A DNA stretch of 64,000 bases from Octopus bimaculoides (lineage: Eukaryota): NCBI RefSeq assembly GCF_001194135.2, contig NC_068984.1:104684257-104748256 (forward strand). The letters run 5' to 3'. Below, in pieces: positions 1 to 9,834 of the stretch. Positions within the stretch are counted from its first letter, which is position 1, and every line of letters begins with the position of its first letter. The position numbers and the translations under genes were made by a program. The notes under the pieces were generated by a model, which saw only the letters and a list, made by a program, of their open reading frames with translations, had not been told where the DNA came from and ran no database searches.

Positions 1-55
<55 letters not shown>

Positions 56-80
56 TACATACATATATATATACATATAT
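1..80. repeat. (AT)n/(AC)n microsatellite
   Basis: Direct reading. Confidence 0.95.
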
Positions 81-338
81 TATTCAGAGAAAGAGAGGTG
101 GGGAGATGTGTATTTGTATACATGTATATATATGTCTGCATGTATGTATAAGTATAATAATATAAATGAGACATATTAACTTCTAGTTAACTCTTTTCTT
201 AAACAAATAGGGATAGTCCTAAATTTTCATGTATACTTTATATGCCCTAGCTTGTTTTAACTGAATATATCATCAGAGTTTATTGAAATGTTTAATGACA
301 AGAGAAATTACATGAGAAATAAAACATATTTTCTTTTA

Positions 339-537
339 CTAAATGATGGTTGTTAGTTTTGACTGTAATTTAGCTGAAAAATTTGGTTGATTTTTCTTTC
401 TGATCTTATGAACACATTTGCCACCAAAAATTTCACTCATGCATTTTTGATGCTTATTTATCAAAGTACTAGGACAGAGTACAGCTGCTTGATAAGAAGG
501 CTGTGCGGAGGTTAGCACATTAACAGATGTGTCAGAA
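339..537 (-). CDS. Possible terminal coding exon (weak candidate, perhaps of the ankyrin gene)
   Basis: Acceptor attatctttcattaAG; phase-2 start compatible with exon B; 65 open codons (SDTSVNV...KLTTII) to TAG; AATAAA on the minus strand at 279-284. No recognisable domain. Confidence 0.2.
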
Positions 538-1160
538 CTTAATGAAAGATAATATACCATCACCACCACCCAAAACATTTCCTTTCCAATATCCAGTAGG
601 TCAAATAACTTTTGATAAACAACCATTTAGGTGATATTCAAATGGGAGAATAAGTGTAAATAAAACTAGAGCAATGGGAATAAGGAAGAAATTCCTCTGT
701 TTTATAATGAAAATAATATTTAAAGAATTTTGAAGAGAAATACCAAGCAAATATATTTTATGGTTGTAAATAATATCATTCATTTCTGTTTTTATCTTTA
801 AATAAATAAATGGAAAAATAGAATTATGAAAGTGTAAATTAATTATGAAATCATGACTATCATGAATTAATAAGAAATCAAAATATTTAAAGATCCCAAA
901 CCATGAAGACTGTCTTGGTTTATACAAACGTCAACAATGAAATATCAAAGCAATATTGTGAGTATATAGATATGAACATAAATGTACACACTCATATGAG
1001 CATACACATACACATTCATACATGTACACACTCATATATATATATATATATACACACATACACATATAGACCTGCAATGAGATGAAAGTAGATAAAAGTT
1101 AGACAGTTAGGTTCATTTCTGACTCTTATCTACATGCATGGTCTCTTTTGAAGCAGTTCA

Positions 1161-1162
<2 letters not shown>

Positions 1163-1233
<71 letters not shown>

Positions 1234-1265
1234 ACACAAACCACACACACACGCACACACACACG
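1163..1265. repeat. (CA)n microsatellite
   Basis: Direct reading; source of the poly-HT ORF. Confidence 0.95.
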
Positions 1266-1760
1266 CATGGACTTATCGCGTAAAATGGGAGGCAATGAAA
1301 GTGGGAGGTCCATTAGTATAATGTCTAAAAATAACTGGACTGAATTCTTGAGTATATTGGTTCAATTCCAACACAGTCCTCCTGTTGTTTGTTCTCTATT
1401 TCTTTAAGTTATATCAGGGTACAAACACATATCAAATCATAACTCTGAGTAGATACATACATGACACATATTTTTCTTTCTTTCTCTCTCTCTCTCTCTT
1501 CCAGTCTGTGTGTGTATGTGCATGCATATGTATATATATACACACAAAGTATGGGGGTTTAGTTCACAGGTGATCTAAACGATTAGGTATGTTAGGTAAG
1601 TGTTGTAATGGATTACTGGGGCTCCAAGGTTATAGCCGAGATGGTAGTTATGGGGCCATTGCAGATTTCCAATGCAGCAGATATATAATTGTTAAACAGG
1701 GCATCAAACATTAAGGCAAGGCAAACATCTCAAGTCATATACAATATTATTACAAGAAGA

Positions 1761-1829
1761 AATTCAAAATCTTACAGCTGTTTCTGGGATATCCCAGAGT
1801 ATGGGATATTCCATCATCAGAGACAAATT
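1761..1829 (-). ncRNA. Type I hammerhead ribozyme, intact core
   Basis: Minus strand: (aattt g tct) CTGATGA TGGAATATCCCA-TACTC-TGGGATATCCCA GAAA CAGCTG TA / AGA tttt gaatt. Stem II 11/12 bp, palindromic stem III ACAGCTGT, GUA triplet, predicted cut between 1773 and 1772. Confidence 0.75.
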
Positions 1830-2354
1830 AGGGAAAAAATATGGAAATTGAGAAGGGTATATATCAATAAGATGACCACATGGAAGAAGGGAGTAAAAGA
1901 ATAAGAAGATGGAAAGAGAGAAGAAAAAAGAAGCATAAAAGTTCATAGTTCAACTTTCCAAAGTTACAGAAACCAAAGCATGAGTCCTTAGGTGCAATCC
2001 TGCGTAGATCCATGAGAATAAGTCTTTAGGTGAAATCCTGCGTATATGCATGTGGGTTAACAGAATGTTATTGAACTTTGACATGTTTGTGTCTTTTTCT
2101 TGGGATGTCTACTATATCAGGATTTTAACCCACATGGATATACTCGGGATTGTAACTAGAGACTTACGCTCATGGATCTATGCAGGATTGCATCTAAGGA
2201 CTCATGGTTTGGTTTCTATAACTTCGGAAAGTTGAACTATGAACTTTTATGCTTCTTTTTCCTTCTCTCTTTCCATCTCCTTATTCTTTTATTCCCTTCC
2301 TCTATGTTGTCATTTCATTAATATATACCATTCACATTTTCCATATTTTTCCCT

Positions 2355-2423
2355 AATTTGTCTCTGATGATGGAATATCCCATACTCAGGGATATCCCAG
2401 AAGCAGCTGTAAGATTTTGAATT
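2355..2423 (+). ncRNA. Hammerhead ribozyme copy with A15.1->G core mutation
   Basis: tct CTGATGA TGGAATATCCC-ATACTCA-GGGATATCCCA GAAG CAGCTG TA AGA; G at 2403 replaces the invariant A15.1. Confidence 0.65.
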
Positions 2424-2493
2424 TCTTCTTGTAATAATATTGTATATGACTTGGGATGTTTGCCTTGTCTTAATGTTCAATGTCCTGTTTAAC

Positions 2494-2532
<39 letters not shown>

Positions 2533-2540
2533 GTTATATA

Positions 2541-2680
2541 TCATCATCATCATCTCTTAACATCCATCTTCCATGTATGATGGCTTAGGTCGAATGATTT
2601 CACAGGATCCAATTAACTGGAGGACTGCAATGAGCTCCAATGCCAGTTTTGGCATAATTTTATGGCTGGCAGCTCTTCTA
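2541..2680 (-). mobile_element. 5'-truncated RTE-type 3' tail with (ATG)n end
   Basis: (CAT)n followed by a diverged match to the repeat at 15540-15838, 28587-28800 and 32915-33140. Confidence 0.6.
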
Positions 2681-2698
2681 CTTTATACATACACACAT

Positions 2699-2729
<31 letters not shown>

Positions 2730-2730
2730 C

Positions 2731-2945
2731 ACCAAAGTAAGCACATAAATGCGAAACAAGGTGGAAAAAATAGTACTTGAATACCAGAGGTAGAGTAATA
2801 TGCATTATTAAAAAGTAGCAAAAATATGAAAAAAACTGTTACTCAGAGTTTCACGTTCCCATTTGTTGGACAATTTGTCTGACAGACAGGAACATGAAAC
2901 TCTGAGTAACAATTTTTGTGATATTTTTGCTGCTTTTTAATAAAG
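2731..2945. mobile_element. Penelope-like pseudo-LTR fragment in inverted arrangement with two decayed hammerheads
   Basis: Arms 2805-2872 and 2876-2943 are inverted around a 3-nt loop. + strand: TTGT CTGACAG ACA-GGAA-CAT GAAA CTC T GAG TA ACAA. The minus strand keeps GGGAACGTGAAACTCTGAGTAACAG. Confidence 0.7.
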
Positions 2946-2946
2946 T

Positions 2947-3017
<71 letters not shown>

Positions 3018-3032
3018 CATACATACATACAC

Positions 3033-3066
<34 letters not shown>

Positions 3067-3080
3067 AAAGGGACAGTGAG

Positions 3081-3327
3081 AGAAAGCCTCTATGTGTTCA
3101 CATTCACACGACCTGCTAAAAATCACAACTTCATCTTACTCGAATACTAACATACCAGGCAGTAAACCTATAAGTAAAGTTGCACACCATGACCATCCCA
3201 CTTTGTTTCCAAACAATTTATAACTATAATCTCCAATGTACCTTCCTTTTTTAAAATGTTACGGCTATATTTGAGAAAGGTGTGGTTGCTATTTCTAACA
3301 GATCAAGTGAATGCATAGAGACTCCCC
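3081..3327. mobile_element. MITE-like element with diverged ~40-bp TIRs
   Basis: agcctctatgtgttcacattcacacgacctgctaaaaatcacaact (3085-) versus reverse complement of the right end agtctctatgcattcacttgatctgttagaaatagcaacc. Confidence 0.6.
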
Positions 3328-3429
3328 TAACAATGTGATGTGTATCCTCCTCTCGCCACCTCTTATCCTCCTCCCTCTCCATCCCATCCTCATCGCCACA
3401 CCATCATTGTTGCTGTCACTGCCATCCTT

Positions 3430-3835
3430 GTCATCATCATCATCATCATCATCATCGTCGTCGTCTACTTGTGTCTACTTTCCATACTGACATTGGAAGA
3501 TGAACTGTAAAAAATTGAGACAGGCTGAAAGACTATGTCTTATTTTAGCCTGGTTGCTATGGCTGGATGTGCTTCCTAACATCTGAATGTGCTGAATATA
3601 GTTTATTGTGGTATCAATACTGGCATGGGTTTGACAAGTCACGGCTAAAGAGTCTCCTCCTGATATTGCCTGTGTTCAAGCACAGTTAGTTTACAGAATG
3701 TACTAGGTGTTTTATCACAGCATTATCCTGGGACCCTGCAAGATGTAGATTGTCTCTGTTCAGACAAATATGTCCAGAAAGCAGGTAGAGCTGAGGATAA
3801 CTGCAGAAGATGAGCCAGTGCAGAAACGAAAAAGA

Positions 3836-3838
<3 letters not shown>
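3430..3838 (-). mobile_element. Decayed RTE-type 3' tail/UTR fragment
   Basis: (ATC)n tail plus ggctggatgtgcttcctaac and tttacagaatgtactaggtg motifs shared with other copies. Confidence 0.5.
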
Positions 3839-3901
<63 letters not shown>

Positions 3902-4027
3902 NNNNNNNNNNNNNNNNNNNNNNNNNNNNNNNNNNNNNNNNNNNNNNNNNNNNNNNNNNNNNNNNNNNNNNNNNNNNNNNNNNNNNNNNNNNNNNGAGAG
4001 AGAGAGAGAGGGGGAGAGAGAGAGAGA

Positions 4028-4069
<42 letters not shown>

Positions 4070-4070
4070 A
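3839..4070. repeat. (GA)n microsatellite spanning an N gap (3902-3995)
   Basis: Direct reading. Confidence 0.95.
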
Positions 4071-4267
4071 AGTGATAAATGATCATAGACATGGTAGGTG
4101 GCATGAATGTTAAATGAGAAGCAGTTTATTGCTGTGTTGAAGCTTCCATACAACTCAAGAAAATACTTTGTTCAATGTCTTTATAAGATTCCTGAAACAT
4201 ACATTACCTGTTATAATCACAGAATGTTAGTGTCACCAATATTTGGTATAACGATCTAAGGGCATTA

Positions 4268-4570
4268 CTCAGAAATAGCACACATACAACAGAGTGTGAA
4301 TAATTTAAGAGAAAAACTGGATATAAGCGGCATCAGATGCAGAGTGCAAAAGGGAAGACTGTACTGGTATGGTCATGTGAGACATATGGATGTGGACAGC
4401 TTTATAAAGAAGTAATGGCATCTAATTTTGGAGGGAACCTGTTGAAGGGGTAGACCCAGGAAGATGTGGGACAAAGTCATGAGAAATGATCTTCAGATGT
4501 TGCACCTTCCAAAGGAGATGACAAGGGATTGAGACTTCTGGCAATCTGCTATACATCGAGTTAGAATAGA
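4268..4570 (+). mobile_element. RTE-clade LINE 3' fragment (pseudogenised ORF C-terminus)
   Basis: Translates QSVNNLREKLDISGIRCRVQKGRLYWYGHVRHM...RGRPRKMWDKVMRNDL (WxGHVxRM and GRPRKxW motifs); related to 20833-21234. Confidence 0.8.
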
Positions 4571-4796
4571 GGCAGCTGATAAAGGAATAATTCCAAGTGG
4601 CTATCTGTTTTCCTATGTGTCCGTTCCGTTGTCTGTAGTTCATTGTTCTAACGTCCTGTACCCTGATATGCATCTATATACATATGTAGATGTATGTATG
4701 TACATATATGTGTGTATACATGCATATATATTCTTTGTATTATTACATCATTGAACGCACACGTCCTTTTTGCAAGTAAGTTTGTACTTATATATA

Positions 4797-5546
4797 CCAC
4801 TCTCCTCACTGGCACCCATCATACCCTATCACATCACCGACTCCTTCACCTGCACTTCTACCAATGTCATCTATTGCATCTCCTGCTCTCTCTGCCCTTC
4901 TTTATACATTGGGCAAACAGGACACTGCTTGGCTGACTGGTTTGCGGAACACGTCCAAGACATCTGACTCGGCAATGACACCCTGGTCTCGTGCCATTTC
5001 CGCTCTACCAGTCATTCTTTGCGACACCTCTCCATATTCAGATTGTCCTTGCACAATTGCCATCCGGACTCCCGTTTGTGCCGTGAACAGGGATTAATCT
5101 TTTCTCTTTGCTCCCTTGTGCCACATGGGCTCAACTCTCCTCCCATCTTCATCTAACCTCCTCCCCTCGCCTCTTCCCCTCACACCTACTTCCTCCCACT
5201 CACCTCTCCTCTCTTGCTCTGACTCCTACTTCTCTTCACTCCTACTCTCCTTCTCTCTTATACACATGCACGCGCACCTTTGTTTTGGGATCACCATTAC
5301 TTTATTATCTCCCCTTCTTCCTAGCTCTCCTGTGTGACCCTTCTGTCCGGCATTCACCATGATAGATCGCTAGCCACTACACATTCTTTATTTTCTCTCC
5401 TTGTTTCTTTCTAAGTTCCTTTCTGTGGAAGAGCGTAGGCTCAAAATGTTAAAGACTTTTTCACTTCCTGAGTGTTAAACTCATACATCTGTTTGTTATC
5501 TACACCACCTGTCTTCATCTCTTGTTTTTTTTTTAATTCTCCGCCT
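4797..5546 (+). mobile_element. Penelope-like element 3' relic: GIY-YIG endonuclease pseudogene plus 3' pLTR
   Basis: FTCTSTNVIYCISCSLCPSLYIGQTGHCLADWFAEHVQDI*LGND...EQGLIFSLCSLVPHGLN in one frame with one stop. Followed by a pyrimidine-rich UTR and a hammerhead-like motif at 5419-5454. Confidence 0.85.
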
Positions 5547-5649
5547 NNNNNNNNNNNNNNNNNNNNNNNNNNNNNNNNNNNNNNNNNNNNNNNNNNNNNN
5601 NNNNNNNNNNNNNNNNNNNNNNNNNTATATATATATATATATATATATG

Positions 5650-5870
5650 TGTATATATTTGTGTGTGTGTCTGTGTTTGTCCACCAACATCACTTGACAA
5701 CCGATGCCGGTGTGTTTACGTCCCCATAACTTAGCAGTTCGATAGACCGATAGAATAAGTACTAGGCATACAAAGAATAAGTCCTGGGGTCGATTTGCTT
5801 GACTAAAGGCAGTGCTTCAGCATGGCCACAGTCAAATGACTGAAACAAGTAAAAGAGTAAAAGAGTAAAG
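5650..5870 (+). mobile_element. tRNA-derived SINE family B, 3' half (5' half in gap)
   Basis: Matches the 3' halves of the full copies at 7815-8185, 14362-14757 and 57718-58108 (…gcatggccacagtcaaatgactgaaacaagtaaaagag tail). Confidence 0.85.
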
Positions 5871-5964
5871 AAGTAGTTGAATTAAAAATCCAGCACATTA
5901 AGCTGGAAGGGGAATATAATAAAAATACTAGATAGTAACACTCCAAATATTAACAATATTAAAT

Positions 5965-6180
5965 AATGGTTCCAAATTTTGGCACTAGGCTAGCAATTTC
6001 GGTGAATGGGGTAGGTCAATTATATCAACCTCAACTGAAAACCGGTACTTACTTTATTGACCCTGAAAAGATGAAAGGCAAATTCGGCCTAGGTAGAATT
6101 TGAACTCAGAACATAAAGATGGACTAAATCCTGCTAAGTATTTTACCCAGTGTGCTTCCAATTCTGTCAGCTCACCGTCT
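5965..6180 (-). mobile_element. SINE family A (Meta/MESC-like central domain, recalled from memory)
   Basis: Shared core gaatttgaactcagaac…/ggtacttattttattgaccc…gaaaggatgaaaggcaaa, present in about ten copies in the window. Confidence 0.8.
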
Positions 6181-7046
6181 TATAACAGTATTAAATAATA
6201 ACAATGCTAAGTTAGTAACAGTAGACACAAAAGCCCTAAAACAACAGGGAAGTTATTTTGACAGATACACACGAAATAAGAAAGGAGGAACCATGTTAGT
6301 GAGTAGTGAAAATATGAATGAGATCTCTGGCAAAATGACAGGGAACCAAATGCTTTGAAGTCTATGAATTACTTGGATGGTTTGTTGGAAGTAGTAGTGT
6401 AGTAGATAAGCTTTTGGTACCTGTTACATGATTAACAATGAAGGTGGAGCGAGTGATAAAATAACAAGTATGGTTTGAAATATATAGTTGAAGTTTAGAG
6501 AACTAGTGACTCTGTTGGCAATGACGTGTTTTGTTTCTGAATGAAAAGGCAAACTCCAGGAAGTAATAAACATCGGATATATGTTTGTAAATACATTTTT
6601 ATACAAATATACCAGTATTACTACTTTGTCTACATTTACTGAATGTATACAACTGGAATCAGTGTGAAGAAGAGATTGAAGGATAAGGGAAAAACTACCA
6701 GTGAAGGTTCCTAAGAGGACAGAAAGTGAGGCTATCTCACTCTATGGAACTAAGTAGCTTATGGATGTTTGTGGTGGGGTGAAGTATGCACACCAGGAAT
6801 AATGTTTGGTTTTTAGGTTGATTTAATCTTTAAGGAGAGGAAGTTGATGATTAATGAAAAATTAAATTGCAGAAAAAAATGAAAACAAAAACTAATGTGA
6901 GTGAGCATTACAGCAGTAAAATGTATACAACATTCAATGTGTTTACAGGAAAGAGTCAACGTAGAGAAAAATTTTCAGCATACATGTATACACACACACA
7001 CACACACACGCACACACACACACAAACATGTACATACATGTGTGCA

Positions 7047-7084
<38 letters not shown>

Positions 7085-7261
7085 TGTGTGTGTGTGTGTG
7101 GGTGTGTGGGTGTGCGTGTGTGCAAGTATGTATGAATGTATGCATGAATGTATATCATTATCAGTATCGTTTAACAGCCACTTTCCATGCTGGCATGGGT
7201 TGGATGACTTGATAGGTTCTGTCAGCTGAAAGGCTATGTTGAGTTTCAATGTTAGCTTTTG

Positions 7262-7302
<41 letters not shown>

Positions 7303-7767
7303 NNNNNNNNNNNNNNNNNNNNNNNNNNNNNNNNNNNNNNNNNNNNNNNNNNNNNNNNNNNNNNNNNNNNNNNNNNNNNNNNNNNNNNNNNNNNNNNNNN
7401 NNNNNNNNNNNNNNNNNNNNNNNNNNNNNNNNNNNNNNNNNNNNNNNNNNNNNNNNNNNNNNNNNNNNNNNNNNNNNNNNNNNNNNNNNNNNNNNNNNNN
7501 NNNNNNNNNNNNNNNNNNNNNNNNTCTAATTAGTGTAAAGTGAAGTAATTAATTAATTATTGGATGTCTTACAGTTGTTTCTGGGATATCCCAAGTGATA
7601 GGTTAGCATCACCATACACTGGGTATGGAGGTTAGTATCTCCATACAGAGGGTATGGAGTTTGGTCCATACTTCCATGAGGGTATATGTTCTTAAGTATA
7701 ATCCCAGGTAAATCCAGGTAGTATTTTGGCAATATTTTGAATGCTCCTTCAACATGAATGCAGCATT

Positions 7768-7808
<41 letters not shown>

Positions 7809-7814
7809 CAACAC

Positions 7815-8185
7815 ATGTGTGGCTTGCTTCTCAACCACATGGTTCCAGGTTCAGTCCCTCTGCATGGCACCTTGAGCAAGTATCTTCTTCTATAGCCTCG
7901 GACCAACCAAAGCCTCATGAGTGGATTTGGTAGACAGAAACTGAAAGAAACCTATTGTATAAATAGATATATGTATATATTTGTGTGTTCCCTCCACCCA
8001 TCATTGTTTGACAACTGATGTTGGTGTGTTTACATCCCCGTAACTTAGCAGTTTGGCAAAAGTGACCGATAAAATAAGTAATAAGCTTATAAAAAATAAG
8101 TCCCGGGTTTGATTTGTTCAGCTAAAACCATTCAAGGTGGTGCTCCAGCATGGTCAAAGTCAAATGACTAAAAAAATAAAAGAAT
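7815..8185 (+). mobile_element. tRNA-derived SINE family B, near full length
   Basis: tRNA-like head (…caaccacatggttccaggttcagtccctctgcatggcaccttgagcaagt), internal microsatellite, conserved tail. Confidence 0.85.
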
Positions 8186-8664
8186 AATATATATATATAT
8201 ATCTGTAAATATTCTTTTACTTGTTTCAGTCAAAACAGGAAACAGGACACACAAACACACACACACTCTAATGCAACTACACATTCACACACTCACATAC
8301 AATTAATTACACACCAATGCATATACACACATAAACACATGCACACCCAGGCAAACAAACACACATGTATGCATACACATTCAGACTCACAAATATACAC
8401 ACACACACACAATTTAATGAGTTGCAATACTGACACGTGCTTAGGAATTCAAACTTTACCATAGTTATTGTGTTTGTACCCTGGTTACAATCTATTTGTC
8501 TCAATTTTTCTAAGAAAAACAAGTTTTAATCGTCATTCATGGTGTGTGATTAGCAGTAGGATGGGCATCCAGCTGGAAAAACAAATTATTCTAACACAAA
8601 CAAAAACCTGGCTCCACCCATGATAAAATAGGAAAGGAATGTGAACAGTGATATGTGTGTGTGT

Positions 8665-8697
<33 letters not shown>

Positions 8698-8885
8698 CAT
8701 GTGTGTGTGCATGTGCAAACCTCTGTAGATCATATTGATTGGATATGTGTGTCTGTGCAATGCCAGTATACACACAGACACAAATATGCATACACACACA
8801 CACACACACACACACACATGCAAACACATGTAAATAGAATTAGTTTGGGATTTCAAATTTTAGCTGATAATTTATTCAGCCAGTG

Positions 8886-8956
<71 letters not shown>

Positions 8957-9076
8957 CAATTTAAATATAGGATAAAATCTTTATAAGAATTTATCAAATA
9001 GTGAGCGTGAAAAACCTCATAAGGGAAAAATTTATTAATTATTCCCTATAAATATATTTACTTATATTAAGGGCAT

Positions 9077-9113
<37 letters not shown>

Positions 9114-9218
9114 ATCAAATATATTCAATGAGGATACAGTATACTGAATTTTGAATAAGTACTCTTGGTAGGGAAATGTCTAAAACCTTAAGGTATTTAG
9201 AGATTTAATAAGAGCGAT

Positions 9219-9834
9219 TATATATTATAAAGTAAGAGCAGGAAAAATTACATCATAAAATTACAGAAGATATATGTCCATGATATAAATAATATTGTAT
9301 TAATAGATAAATATATAAAGTATGATTATTTTAACAGTTTGAGATATATTACGATTGTTTCATGAATATATTATCCTTCGAAAGGAAATTCAAAATTGAT
9401 AATCATTATTAGGTAATACATCCACTTGTCAAAGAAAAGGGTGAATTTCTGTGTAGTCAATCAAATGAGAGAGATGCTATTTAAAAACATGATAAAGATG
9501 TTGTTTAAAAAGTTATTGGTATAGATGTGCATTGGTACAAACTTGGGTTTAAAATTTTGAAAAGATAATATAAAGCCATGGTAAAATCCTTTGTAGTAAT
9601 CCATTATGGATTACTACATCTCTCTCATTTGATTGACTACACATTTGATTGACTAATAATGATTATCAATTTTGGATTTCATTTCGAAGGGTAATACATT
9701 CATGAAACAATTGTAAGATATCTCAAACCTTTTAAATAATCATACTTTATATATCTATCTATTTATACAATATTATTTATATTATGGACGTATATCTTCT
9801 GTGCTGTTTTGATGTAATTTTTCCTGTTCTTACT

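Larger units (their letters stand above)
1681..2503. mobile_element. Long inverted-repeat (foldback) element: ~380-bp arms, 64-bp spacer; probable inverted pair of Penelope-like pseudo-LTRs
   Basis: 1681-2060 is the reverse complement of 2125-2503 (about 90% identical by hand). Each arm contains a hammerhead motif. Right end runs into (TA)n. The repeat is seen directly; the PLE origin is inferred. Confidence 0.85.

Noticed and set aside
1138-1407. Poly-HT, CV, YI, ER and poly-His ORFs throughout the ORF track
   Set aside because: They are translations of di- and trinucleotide microsatellites.
3686-3805. Minus-strand frame with NLHLAGSQDNAVIKHLV, a phase-2 acceptor and an ankyrin-like look
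   Set aside because: Spacing is one residue off the ankyrin consensus, the frame ends in a stop without a donor, and the DNA matches the RTE-type tail family.
7601-7671. CRISPR-like look of the short hairpin repeats here and at 31539-31638
   Set aside because: Eukaryotic context, only two units, no unique spacers and no cas genes.
8441-8530. 50-nt minus-strand segment with good AG/GT signals (KLRQIDCNQGTNTITM)
   Set aside because: Phase-1 start is incompatible with exon B, and there is no recognisable homology.
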